Assembly: GCA_949358305.1 (NCBI GenBank)
Contig: OX442314.1
Span: 12,896,001-12,960,000, forward strand
Reading direction: 5' to 3'
Length of the DNA stretch: 64,000 bases
Origin: Strigamia acuminata
Taxonomy: Eukaryota
Both the position numbers and the translations under genes were made by a program. Of this stretch, positions 13,201 to 26,700 are shown one piece after another; the first letter of the stretch is position 1, and each line of letters starts with the position of its first letter. The notes beneath the pieces were generated by a model. It was not told where the DNA came from. It worked only from the letters and a program-made list of their open reading frames with translations, and searched no databases.

Positions 13201-14718
13201 GTCGTCTAAAATCATAACAGTGGCTAGGCTCGGGCTCACCAACTCGGCGGGTGCTGTTGGATACGGTTGCGACGGATCCGTGATGGTCAGCACCCCCGCC
13301 TCAGCACGTAAATTGAAAAGTCGAATGTAAAAATGTTCATCTTCTTCAAAAACGTCGTCATCAATAACTGCGATCGAGAATTGTTTATGCGTGTCTCCCG
13401 GACGAAAGACTAACGTGCCTTCGGTGTATACGTAATCAGATCCAGCATTTGCTGTTCCATCTTCAGTCTTGTAATCGACCTTGAGTGTGGTGCTCAAATC
13501 ACCGCCTTCTCGCGTGACGGTAACAGCAAATTCGCCCACATTTTCCATGACGGTATAGTGGCCCGGATCGAAGAAGACTCGAGTGATGTGGTCGTCAGCC
13601 TTCACGTCGCTTACGACGGGCTTGCTGACTTCTTCGCTCTCCCTCCGATCGTGTCGTTTCCGAAGCACGTTGCCTCCGCCCGTGAGTTTTCGTGTCGCCT
13701 GAATTCGGTAAAACGCGCGACTCTTCGGACCACTGTTCATGATCTCGTCGCGCGCCATGCTCTCTAGAGTTTCCATGTCGCAATTGGGATTTTTCTGTCT
13801 CAATTGACGAAGAAGTTGAATGAACTCGCGACGATGCTCCTCAAACTCGATCACCTCCGCCGAGGCGTCTTCACCATACAGCTTGACGCCCGAGTCGGGC
13901 ACGTGATTGAGTTTCGGCCCCAACTCCACGTCGCCTTCGCCCTCGACGATCACGCCGCGCTTGTTCATTCGGTATTTCTTTGACAGGTACTTGTAGATGA
14001 GGAATCGGCGATCGGCAATGTACGCCGTCGCCACCGTTGTCGGGAAGAAGAAGAAAGTGAGCAGCGCTTCCCATACCTCGATCACCGAGGGTGAGATCAC
14101 TTTGAGAATCAAGTAGAGCCACACGTAGGCGAACACGCTCCACGTGGCCGTGATGAAGAAGACGCGTAGATGTTTGATTCGTCGGTGCTGGTTGCTCGGA
14201 ACCACCCAAACGCACAAAGCGATGATGACGAACAAGTTAAAGGCAGCGCTGCCCACGATCGTTCCCGGACCTAATTCACCAGCGTTGTAACCTCGACCGT
14301 AGATTTCGATTATTGACAGAAGAATTTCGGGTGCTGAGGAGCCCAAAGCCATTAAAGTCAGATTAGCCACCGTTTCGTTCCATACTCGCACCACCACCGT
14401 TTGCGTGTCCCCCTTTGGCCGTTTGATCGTAATTTCCTTCTCTTGAGATGTGATCACTTCGATTGCCGCCATGAAACGGTCGGCCACGATGGATACCCCC
14501 ACAAACAAATAGCACAGGCAGATAAAGTAAATTACTCCTCGTGCAACACGGTCGCCAACACTCAAGTTGTCGTCGGGTAACCAACGAGGCACTAATAAGC
14601 CGCTCTTGCACGCAGGGTTGGACCCGTTGCTGTTGGCAGCTGCCTTCAAGGGGCAGCTTACAAGTGCCAGCAAAAGGGCCCATGTCCACCACGTACACGC
14701 TCTGCTCCAGCTGGCCAT
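1263..14718 (-). CDS. Calx: Sodium/calcium exchanger (SLC8/NCX family, Calx ortholog), 5' portion; remaining exons lie left of the window
   Basis: Coding exons with GT-AG borders that join in frame: 14718-12998, 2073-1982 (QDIIIQVIDEDSYEKDIIFFVELGEPKQIK), 1648-1491 (SERDADSG...IALLGRPRLGDLVRTQIRIKENKEFK), 1362-1263 (NTVDKLLKKANVSLMVGTSSWKDQFMEAITVSA). Signal peptide, alpha-1 repeat (VANLTLMALGSSAPE), XIP segment (RRFLIYKYLSKKYR), Calx-beta domains (IDDDVFEEDEHF, ILDDDH). Confidence 0.95.
10191..10452. mobile_element. MITE-like inverted-repeat element in the NCX intron
   Basis: CATTCTGCGGAGACGATTTTCTAATTCCAGTTGTT...GCCTAATAATGCTAAAAT (~10207-10286) is the near-perfect reverse complement of ~10343-10422, with outer TCTTGATGCTAAA / TTTAGCATCAAGA. 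One arm recurs at ~42272-42338. Confidence 0.75.
12998..14718 (-). CDS. Calx: NCX first coding exon (signal peptide, N-terminal TM helices, XIP, CBD1 and start of CBD2)
   Basis: 574-aa ORF in the track. Ends at donor ACTGA|GTAAGT (12998/12997); acceptor TACAG|G at 14876/14875 lies upstream of the ATG. Confidence 0.96.
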
Positions 14719-17700
14719 TGCCAGGCACTATCTTCTCCCTAGAACGTCCACAGGCACTAGGTGACGACTGCTACAACCCAACACTACTGAACTCATCCGA
14801 AGCATTTTAGTCGTTCCGTTGCATTAGATAAGCATTTGATGATAGCATGCTCTTTTGCTCCAACTTTGGACGGGCCTGTAGATATGCAAGTTTCTATTAA
14901 AGAAAAAAAATTGATTAAATTTCTCGTTTCGTATTTCTGTTTCAGTGCAGTTGAGATTAAACCAACTTTTTTTTTTCTTTTTTTTTTTGCTGTAAAGTGG
15001 AATATTCCTTGGAGAATTGGATTTTTTTGTATTGCGCATGCACGCGGTTGCACCAGAAATCTCATTACTGAAAAATAGTGGCCCATGAAAACACTGGTTT
15101 TTCTCGGCAAAATGTAACCATAACCGATTTTGCTGTCGTTAAATTAAAGCTAATAGTATTGTTTTGTTTACCCGCGATGCTTCACTCGAAACATTTGAAA
15201 TAATAAATTGATAAAAATAAAAAAAATAAATAAAAATTAAGAAAGTAGAAAGCAAACCGAAAGACATGTGCTCACCAGAGTAAATAACATGAATAGGACG
15301 TTAAACATTCTAGAAATAGTCTCGTGTTTTCACTGCACTTACTCCACGACTTGTGAAAACAAAAAACCAAGATGTAAAGAAAGAAAACAAAATAAAAATA
15401 ACTATATACTAAACTTATTAAATAAGCATAATCTAGACTGACACCCCGCGACATACCCGTCATCTAAGAATGAAAAATGTCTCGAAAGTTTCCACCAATT
15501 AAACGTTTCATGCATGGCGACACCCAAACAAAAATATCCCGAAACTCGGCAAAGAATTCGCAACGAGCAGAACGAGATCTAAAATTCCCTCCCGATAATT
15601 CTCCCACCTCCCGCAATGTCTACTAAATGTCCCCGAAACATGTTTATAACACACCCCATCCAAAAACAACAAAACCATGCAACAAAATCTAAAAAACTAA
15701 ATAAAACAATTCAACCAAAGCATCAAAAATCAACGCGCGAACAATATTAGGGTTAATAAGAGTTAGGCAAGGACAGTCCCACCGAAAATAAAACCGGAAA
15801 AATCGAATCGCCTTTCTGCTGCTAATTAAACTCATCTTACATAACGCATAACTATTCATGGTCAGCTTTATATACATATATGTTTTTTTTTCCAGCTTCC
15901 TTATTCCAGGAATATCCCACCCCTCTTTTAGTTGATGCTACTTCACCTCTGTGTCTTAAGTGGGTTCCTCCGATGTTCCCGTCTGGTTTTCTAAATTTAA
16001 AACAAAGCCTTTTCGTTTGTTTTTCTCCTTGCACCGGTCTCTGTTCAAAAAGATTATTCGATATTGCCTACACGACAATTTTCATTAATATATTTCGCTC
16101 AGCAATTCGGGACTAGCAACATTCGAAATCGCGTCGAGTCAGTTATTATTTGTTCGTTACGACGACCTTCGAGCACTCGCTATAAAAAGCGACTATCTCG
16201 GCTGCCTTCTTCGGTCGCTGTCTCTAACCAATGTGGCCCTGGAGAATCGACATTCTAGTCGTTGCTTCTTCCCCATCTACCGTTCCAGTACGTTTTGGAT
16301 CCTCCCCTAATCAATAGGAAGCATTCCTCGTTGCATGCTGGTACTTCCTGCCCAGCCCACATGGTGATCAAACACTGACCTCTCTCTACTTGGTCTGCAA
16401 CAAAAACGTTCAACTTCAAATTATTTCAACCGATCACGTGCTCCGTCTAGCTCGATACACCACATTATTTTTTTTAGAAATATTAGTATTAGTCAGAGCA
16501 AAATTTAGGCTTTCCTGCACGACTTGCTTAATTGAATGCAATTTGCAAAGGCGAGAAACGGTCTAGAGCAGCAAGCAAAAGCGCGTGATTTAATTGAAGT
16601 TGTTTAGTGTCTTACCGTTTGGATTTTTTCTCCCGAGTTTAGCAGGCCTCACTTCATGTTGGCGAGCCGGGCGAGCGTCTGCGGCGGACTGATCGCGCAC
16701 TCAATATTCACTCACTATAGTGATCCGGGGCGCCACTATCGCGTGTCGTTCGTTAGTCGCTGATCCACATGCGTGGCCTATCGCTATATTCGAGACTGGC
16801 ACGGACAACATAGCGGAAACAAGTGAGTCATTTCGACGATGTGGATTAAATGTTAAAATGCAATCACAAAGAGCATCAAGCTGCTGCATTATGGATATTA
16901 TTCAACGCCACGTTTAGGGCGTTATGAGTATCGCGCATGCGCATGTTAAAAGGCGCATATCGTCTGCAATAGCGCCAAGTTTTAGAAAAACGACTTTAAA
17001 ATATTTTTTTTTTCTTTTAAATAAGCAGAAAACTATTTTTTTTGATTTAAACGTGTGGCAAAACGTATGTTTTAATAAAATATTACAGGTGAGATTTAAT
17101 ATTAAATTATATATAAATCTTTAATGGTAAATTGTAAAAATTCAAAAAAATGCACTTGCCCTGTTTTATAAATTCTTCACTATGAAGGTAGAATAACCAA
17201 AAAAAAAAAATATTAATCTTTACCACACTCCAAAAAAATTAAAGAAAATAAAATCTGAACATCGGAATCCACATTTTCCCAAATTTTTCGCTCGTCTCGT
17301 TCCGTGCACAATATATTTTCGACTAGATGCATTTGCATTGCTCACGAAGGTCTTTCAATCCTTGAGGTCACAAATCTTGAACTGCAGCTAAAAAGATGCA
17401 ACTATCTTGTGCAGTAAATGCAATAAATTCTCCAAAACAAGTGACTGACAGTCCGTCTCCGTAGGATTTGAAGTGGCTCGAATATTAGATACATCAATGC
17501 AAATGGCAAGTTTGGTATAATCTCACGTCAATCAACTTTGAATTTGAACATTCGGTTATAGAATAGCTGAATGGGCGTCAATAATAAGGTTGTTTGTACA
17601 AGTCAGAGTGGCTGTTCAACACATCGCAACAGCATGCTTTTCACATCCTTTCATCTTCTCGCATCCCATCCCTCGTTACCGCCGTTCTCTCTTGATTTTT

Positions 17701-17730
17701 ATTACACGATGTAAGGTCGCCTTTGGGAAT

Positions 17731-20700
17731 TTACGCCTGCGTTTTCCCATTTTCTAATTCCCCATCGTAGGATGGCTGAAAGTTTAAAAATAAATCGAAA
17801 CAAAGTCGCCTTAGGATCCTTCTCGCAACGATATATGAGAAAGTTTCAAAATTTAATTCACCTTGTAGGTTGGGTTTTCATAGGCACTTTGGGATTTGTG
17901 AGTAGAACTCGGCGCAGTGGCAGAATTTCTTTGTCTCCTGAATAAGAGAACTAGCAAGGCTACGAATCCCAGTACACATATGGCGGCGACGACGGCCACA
18001 GCGATCAACGCTTCGTAATACGAATTATTTCCCGACGTTTCTGTTGTTGATGGTCGGCTCACCGTTTGCGATGTCTCCAGACGTTCTATATCGGATAAAC
18101 AAGATTAATCAATTTCACATGTAACTCGATGATACCAAGCTTTTTTATTACTCCGTATTATTATACCTTTCTCGGGTTGCTTTTGTGCAACGCCAGGTTT
18201 GGTTACAACTTCCAAAGTGTTGGATTTTCGGATACCACCGTTGCTCAAAATCGCTTCCATCCAGATTTGGTACCTCAAATTTAAAAAAAAAAATTAATCA
18301 AATTAACAGTTTGATTAATGATTTATGTCAATGACGAATGTAGATTAACAGATGAAAAGAGAAGATTACATTTTAAATAATTGATGATCAAGGAATTTTA
18401 ATAAAGCGCCAAATGTTAATCTTTAAGCACATCTCTCTTTATTAAAGGTCAACTCAAACTAACCTGTTTCCAGGCTTAAGACCTTCCAAAGTGATTTGCT
18501 CGACTTTAGGATGTTTGTACACTGTTTGGAAATCGGTTTGCGAGTCCATTTTGTACTTAATCACGTACAAATGCACGTATTTATGCATCGGAAACGGCAC
18601 GCCCGACCAATGCAAATTCATCGACGTTATTAGGACTTTATCAACTGTCAAAGTTAGATCGAATGCATAATCGTCTGAAAACAAAAGAATTTAATTAACA
18701 AATGATGCGATTAATATTTAATATTTAATTAACCCATACCGTGGATTGGATTCGTTTGGAAAGTGATGAGATTGAGTGTTTCAATGTCGGTACTGACCCC
18801 GCTGATAGGCGTCAGTGCCATGTCCACTTCGTAGGCCGTATTTGGTTGTAGGTCTCGCAGAACATGCGACGTGACATCTCGATGAATCATGGTCGTCAAA
18901 CTCCATGTTTCGTCCCCTTGGATTCGATATTTAAGTTGCACCCCGTCCACTAAATTCTTCTCTTGTTCCGTTAGAGGTCGCCAAGAAAGTCGAATCGACG
19001 TCGGTTGCTTGTCGGTGATGTTAAACGATGGATCGAACGTGATACGACTTGGTAAAGTGGTTGCGGATGTCGTACTCACTACTAAAAGAATTAAAAAATT
19101 AAAAAATTAAAAAATTAAAAAATTAAACACACTTAGAAATTTTTTTAATTCGATTAAAAACAAGATTCGTTGCGTTTAATTCAATTAACTCACGTAAAGG
19201 TGGAGTTCGTACAGTAACAACGCCGCTAGTGGCGGTGTTCGAGTTCCCACTGAGAATAACATCGGCTTTAATGTAATAAGTGGTGTCAGGCAAGAGTAAA
19301 TTAAGTTCGTGCTGCATTTGTGCTTCGGCAAACATGTCGTTTATATGCGAAAACACTTCTTTGTTCCAAGTAGACGTGTTGGTTTGAGTGGCATCATCCG
19401 TGTAAAGAACTTCAACTTGTCCGTACAAACCGACGTACAGTTTCGGTATAACCAAATTCACACGAACTGAAGTCGCATTGATTGCCACGGCGGTTAAATT
19501 CTGAATGCTGCTGCCTTTAAAATAAAGTTTTAAAAAAATTACTAAAAAAAAAAATACAAATTTAATTTTTTTTTTTTATAAATACCCGAGTCCGTTTTAT
19601 TGCACATAACATACGGGCAAAAACACGTGTCATTCGGAGTGACGAGCACCGGTAAAGGACAGCCGGAAGTTGGCTTGAGGTACTTTTCGATGGGAGAACA
19701 ACCGCCTGTGCATTCGACATTGGTTGAACCGTTGCTCAATAAAACACAAATGCAGCGTCTCGAACGACACCCGGGTGATTCTTCCCATTGCTCCCCGACG
19801 ACTCGGGGCCCGTCGGTAGTTTGGCACTCTAGATCGAGAAAAATCTCCATTTAATTCGGCAGTAAAATAAATGATTTTGAATTTAACCTTTCTCTGAAAA
19901 TGCGGTGCTTATTGGAAAATTTTGCATGTTTGTGAACCCAGGGTAATTAGGGTCGTCACCAGGATGGAATCCAGTTTTGAAAATGGCGTCCGAGCCTTCT
20001 TCGTGAGCAACTGGGACTAAAAATGGATTCTGTGGAAAGCCTTTCCCCGATGGTGTGGCTGAAAAAAAAAATATTTATGAAGAAAACTTTAAATTTATGC
20101 AATTTTCATAATTTCTATGATTTACTATAAACTCCTTTTAACGAGGGCACGAAACTTCCTTGCAGTGAATCAAAATCCTCTTCATGATTCCCAACTATTC
20201 AAGAAATAAAACAAATTAAGTCATTTAAAACTTGCAAAATAATGTGTTTTCCGATTAGCTTACTCATTAAATTCGGGCATTGCCACGCTTTGCAGCATTT
20301 ATCATGTGGTAATGGCAAAATCTCAGCGGTGAGCATTACGCAAGTGAGCGTTAATGGCGGCTCCGAAGGCACGGGAGCACAACGAGACTCGCAAGAAACG
20401 TTTCCGTTCATGCACCGGCATTCCAAGTCGCAGGACGGTACAAAAGATGGCGGAATCGGTTCAAAGTTGACGAACGATCGGCCGTTGTATTCGCACGAAA
20501 TTCCAGTTGCAACCGGCACTTTGGCTAAACAAACCGCTTCCGCACAACAGTTGTTAAGTTTGGGCACAAAATCTCGATCGTACCGCCAATCCAGACAACC
20601 AGACACTTGAGGTGGTTGTGCGTACGGACAACTGATAGGAACACACACGGTTTTGCCGCCATCTTGGCATTTACACATTCTCTGACAACCGTCGTTTATT

Positions 20701-23700
20701 TCTTGCCCAATACTCATTTGATAACCGTTTAACTCACAATGAACTAACAAAAAGCAAAAAATTTAAAAATTTAAATATAAAAATACAAATATCTTTTTTT
20801 TCTACTATACCATCATTATTAAGTCCCGTAACTTTATCTTCCAACTTCCTTCCTCTATCCTTCTTGTCGACTTTAGGAAACAACAAAGAAATCGTCGAGG
20901 TTGTTGTTGCAACCATTTCCGACGTTTGGTGCTCCGAAACATCCTTCATTGCAGAAACATCGGATTTTTTCTCCAGACTAGTCCCAATGGAGTTTTCAGC
21001 TTTACTCATTTCCGGCGTCACGTCTTTCCCCGCTTGACTAATTTCCGAAGTTTCAGTCGTCGTCGCAGTAATTGTAGTTTGAGGTAACGTCGTTTCTTCC
21101 AATTTACTCGCTTGCGTCATATTCGCGATCGTCCTAATGGCTTTAGCAGTTCCCTCACCCTTTTTCGCCGCATCAGTTGAACCCAGTTCGTTAAACGCAT
21201 CCTTGGTGGGCACAGGCAAGTAATTTTCTTTGCTAAAATCGCTTTTATTCTGTATTTTGGTCACCGTCGGCGTGGTTGAAGGCATTTCAGTCGAAGTAAC
21301 GTGAACCTCGCTCGTAATTGTGGTATCAGTGACTAAATTAACCTCTCCTCGTCCTTCGGTAGTATTCAAATCGTTCACTTTTAAATCGTCGGGTAATCCA
21401 GTTATGTTGCAGATGGTAACGTTGCAGCACGAATCGATGGGATCAGGAAGTGACACACAACCGGAGCCGACCGAAGCCGTTCGTGGACATCTGATAATAA
21501 AAACATAAAATTGCAATGAACCAAGAATGCAACCGGGTAAAAATTTCCATATTGCATACCTGGGAACACACGAGATGGAACCGTGACCTTGGCACGTACA
21601 TTTCATGCTACAACCCTCTTGTATAGTATCTAATTTTTGGTACGTTTTATTTTTGTAGTAACAGCCTTCCAAAGAGTCCAATTTAACTGTAATTAAATGT
21701 TTAAATTACTGTATATATTTTTTTTACTTTAAATTCATGTTTTCTACTTTTCTTTGATACTTCTTTGACCGAGTGCGAGCCACAGATGGTTATGTTACAA
21801 CAACTATCGTTCGGATCGGGAATCACGTGACATGTAGGGTCGTTAAGAGACTCTGCAGGTGGAGCACATCGTGGCTGAAATTTAAACATTGGAAAATGTA
21901 AATTTTTTCTCTACATTTTTTTTTTTTATTCTTCTAGAAGATTCTTACTTCGCATTCAATTTCGGCATTTAAATTGCACAGACATCGATATTCGCAGCCA
22001 TCGAAAAAACTTTCTCCGGGTAAATGAGTGCTATTATTAAACGAACATCCAGCACCGAACGAAGTGGGAACCCCTGCGAGACCCAAACATACAAGTCAAC
22101 AAAATGTGAATTCATTCTCAATTTGTTTCTTCACCTGCAATACACCCATGGGTGTAGTCATTAGGATTCCCAACCGTTCCTTCATTGCATTGGCAAACAG
22201 CTAATCCGCCGATAAATTGACATTTCGCTTGCGGTCCACAAACAACATTCAAACACAGATCGGTTTCATTAACTTTTTTTAAAAAAATAAATAAATAAAT
22301 TAGAAATAAATCTAGTCTATATAAATAAAAATGTAAATGTGTTTTCTGTTCATTATCTATAATCTCCGAAAGTTCTTCACCGATTGCTTTGAAATTTGGA
22401 CACAACGTTGAGTTCGAATTGGGGAATGTTCTTATATACCTGTGATACCTGTGACAGGTTTTTATACACCTGTAACAGGTTAAAACGTGCTTTTTCCAAA
22501 CAAACATGGCGGCCGTCGGTTCTAGCGCCATCGTTTGCACGCTTTGCGCCCTATTCAACAAAGGATGACTCGAAAACCTGGTATCGCAATTCGGCGAATG
22601 TGCGCGAATGAAACCGATCGCCTTAGCCATTGATTCGTGATTTGCACAGGATTTATTTTCACGGGATTTCTATGGGATTTCCACGAGATTTCCACGGGAT
22701 TTATTTCCAAGGGATTTATTTATTTCCAAGGGATTTATTTATTTCCACGGGATTTCCACAGGATTTTCATGGGATTTATTTCCACTGGATTTATTTATGA
22801 GCCACAGCAACGCATGGCCGGGTACAGCTTGTTACTAATATATTTTTAAAAATTACCTGATGAAACACTTGCATTGGTGCACACTTTTGCACCGCAAGAT
22901 GTCGGACAACACACTTGGTCAGAAGCCGGACATTCGGCATCGGTTTTGCAGGTCGACACACAATGATCCGTGTGGGTGTCACCAGGGGCGGGACAGAGAG
23001 AAACAGCTTGAGACGGGTCTGTGTGTCAAGCAAACAATTATTTTCCGTTAAAGGAGTTTTACGACCAACATGATATGCTAACATGATTTAATGAGACACT
23101 CTTGACTTTTCACCTGATTCCTCGCAGCGGAGACTCACGCAGCACGAGTCCTTGTCAGGCACAGGCGTGCAATGAGCGTCGGCAGAAACAGTGTCAGCTC
23201 GGTATAATGGCCGAACACATCGCTCGTTACATTCCAGCGTATTGTTCGAACGACACGTGCATTTCAATTCGCACCCTTCGTTCCATTCGTCATCCACCCT
23301 GTACGTCGTATTGTTTTTCAAACAACCGTCTGCAGAATTCGAAAGAGATAAAAATTATTAATCTGATAAGCAAAAACACATCCGGAACGATGATTTATAT
23401 TCGCAATAAATGAATTTCCAAACACCCCAGTAGCCGTAATTACATCAACTATTCAACTATCACTGTAATGTAGGACAAAAAACGAGAACCCAATCACCTT
23501 CACTTAATCCAGTTTGACCGCTTTAGTTTAAAACGGCCTTGGCTTCCGTTACTTTGCATAATAATGAACCTTCAAAGGGAGTAGGACTGGTTTGATAAGT
23601 TCAGATCAACGGCTTACCTGTCGTAGTCACATTAATGAACTCCGAAGCCGAGGTCAAGTTATCCTGCTCGTCCAAAATGGCGACTCGCACCTCGTATCGA

Positions 23701-26700
23701 ACGTTCGGGGTCAAGTTCTCGATGGTTTCCATGTTCGTATTATTGACCTAGACATTATAAACAATGTAGCACTCGCAACAACATCCACTCCTCCAGCTAC
23801 ACCCATCACTTGGTCATTTACCTGCAATTGTATCCTGTTGGCCTCTGATCCTGCCACGCGCACTTCCAGTACATAACCACGTTCGTAGCTGGGAGGCTTG
23901 AAGTCATCCCAAGCAACACTTACGTTGGAAGGTCCTCTACCCGTTACTATCAGGTGGGGAGCCGAATTCGCCTCTTCTAATATAATATAAACGTATTTTA
24001 ATTATTTAATGCACGTTTTTGGTTTCGACTCAATTCTGCACGCACTTATCTGCGCACATGCGTATTCTACGCAACAAGCGTCGACTGTGCTCGGTACTTC
24101 GGCGCATAAGGGGTCGGTTATGCTGCCGGGAAGATGTTGGCATCTTGCGGAGCAGTTCAGCACCCCATCTGGATGGCACGTGCACCGACGTTCGCATCCC
24201 TCCGTCGTACTTTCGCCCTCGCTGAGCCACGTGCCGTTAACGTCACAAACATCTAAATTTTACACGGAAAAAGAATATATCATCGAGTGACGTCATAAAG
24301 AAGCGGAAAAACAAGTCGCTGGTTTAGCCGTGACCTGTTTTCACGATGAAAACAACAAATTTTTAAATCGAGTGTTGCAGTAAAGCCCGCCCATGTTCAG
24401 CATCAAGGTCCCATTTCGTATTTCAATAACATTTGTAATTGTTGTTTGTTGTTACGAAACGCAATTAAAAATTAGATCATTGTTTTCGAAAGAGTTTTTA
24501 TTTGTGCTTAATAACCTACTTTTAGTCTGCACGAAAATTATTTCTGAAGTGTCGGAATTTTCTGCTTCCAAGTGGAAGAAATACGTGGAATTTGGTTCGA
24601 GTCCCTCTATAGTTAAAGTGTCGTTTGATGGCACCTGGAAAATGTTTGGAAAAAAAATATTGGGAGTAAAAGTGGTAGTAAAAGTAGCTAATTGTACATT
24701 TCCACAATATTTTTTTTTTGCATGCACGCAAGAACATGTTATCCACGCACTTCTTTGTCCAAAAGGCAATATCCTTTTTTAATGTCTAAATACCATAGAT
24801 AATTGACGCCAATTGCAATGGCACTCGACTATGACACACGTTAAAGTAGCAGACATGTGTGACCTTGGTGGTAGCCAAACTGGTTTAATAGGAAAAAGCT
24901 AAACACCAATTTAAGCGGCCTTCAACTGCAAAAGGGTTAATTATAACGCATAAATTTATTAGGGTGTCTTTTTCTAACTGCAATGATTTTGTTACACTTT
25001 TGCCAATGGGTGAACCGGTGAACGCCATTTTTCCGTCTTTTGTTTGTGGATTATATATACAAAAACAATTCTATTACCATGAAAATGAGTGCGTGTGGAT
25101 TCTAAAACCACTTTTAGCTTCAGCAATAGGAAATTGTGAATAATCAAAAAGAAAAATCTCATAAATAGCTATTCATTTGAAAATCGTACCTGTTTTCGAG
25201 CCCAATTGTCTCGAAGATGAAGATCTCGTCCGTATAAAAGCGCAACCCAATTCCCATGATGCCATTGAATTACTGTGGAATTGTACGTAGTGTTTACCGA
25301 TTTCAATTTCGAAATTCCTACAACAAAACAATCATTTTTAAAAATATTATTAGGCAGATTAAATAGATTGGATAAAATATTGACACTAAAGATGCTATTC
25401 TAAATTCTTTATGCAACGCCCAAGGTAAAGAGTCTAATGACCGAGAGCCAGAACGCTACAAGTTCCTTGATGTAAATAAAAGAAGAAAAAAAAAAAACAC
25501 CTTCCAGCCCACCCCTTAACACTCTCCTGCTGTGCACCTGACAAAAGTGCACGCGAGTTTCCCATTATAGCATCACCACCTCCCACCCCCGCAGACTCAA
25601 GAAGGCAGCTGACCTTGGAGGAAAAAAGAATCTATTGTACGTTGATATTGAATAGGTAAATTGCATACATACATGCACTTTGATTAAAATTCATATATAC
25701 AAAAATGTGCATTCAAACTACTGTGATATAATATCTCATCGCGGCCTCGTATGACCCGAGTTGTTGTTGCAGGTGCGGCTCTTAACTAGTAAACTAGTTA
25801 AAAATCAAGTTCCGGATTTGCTTGCACATTTTTTTTTCTTATACAATATTTTTTTTATTCTTCTCTTTCGAGCGAAAAAAGAGGAATTTTCGTGCAATTC
25901 TTTTGAAGACGTGCCGCCATTAGGCCTATTCTTTTTTCTTACGAAATACGTTGCAGGTTATTACACCTATAAAGAAGCACGACGAAGTGCAATCAAGGAA
26001 AAATCTGCTCTGGCATCAGCTTTTTCTGCCCGTATGGAGTCAATAATCTCAAGCAGCATTCTGAACGTCACTATACTTGATTGAATGCGAGGGTATAACC
26101 CTAAGGTGTACACACACACGCCATTAAGAGAGGGGGCTTTTAGGAAATCGGGTTTTCCCCCTCCAGATCACTCGGAGTTAGATTCACCCACATTTTCTTC
26201 AGACCAACTTCACACTTCTTTTATTCCACCTGCCATGTTTCTCTTTGTCCGTAATCAGAAAGCGTTTACGTCTGAAACATTAACCTTGACTGCGGAGAGA
26301 TTTTTTGTTTTAATTCTCCATTTTTATTTATTTTTTTATTTTTTTCTAAAATTGTATTTTCTATTTTTTTTTGTCCAATCTTTCAACACCATCCATGGAA
26401 TGTAGTTTATAGCTTTAAAATTCGGTCTCTTCGTCCTGGCAATTCAAAAGCAGCCGGATACCGAATAAAAAGTCAAAATGGGTTTTGACACCAAAAAATG
26501 TCGTCGATGCATTAATTCAGAGTTCGTTCCGATTTAATATATGATTAATCAAACTAATGGAACGGAATGGAATCGGAAATAAATTCTCCAAAGGTGTGGT
26601 TGCGTGAAATATAAATCACGACTCGAAAAAGTATTTCTTAAATATTTAAATAGTCCTAAAAAAATCAAAGATTGCAGCTGCAGTTCGTCAACAAACATGT

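Noticed and set aside
13558..14810. Overlapping alternative-frame and antisense ORFs
   Set aside because: Shadows of the GC-rich NCX exon.
22791..23084. 97-aa ORF from the track as a Sas exon
   Set aside because: Wrong frame; splice phase places the exon in the WAP-encoding frame (23018-22857).
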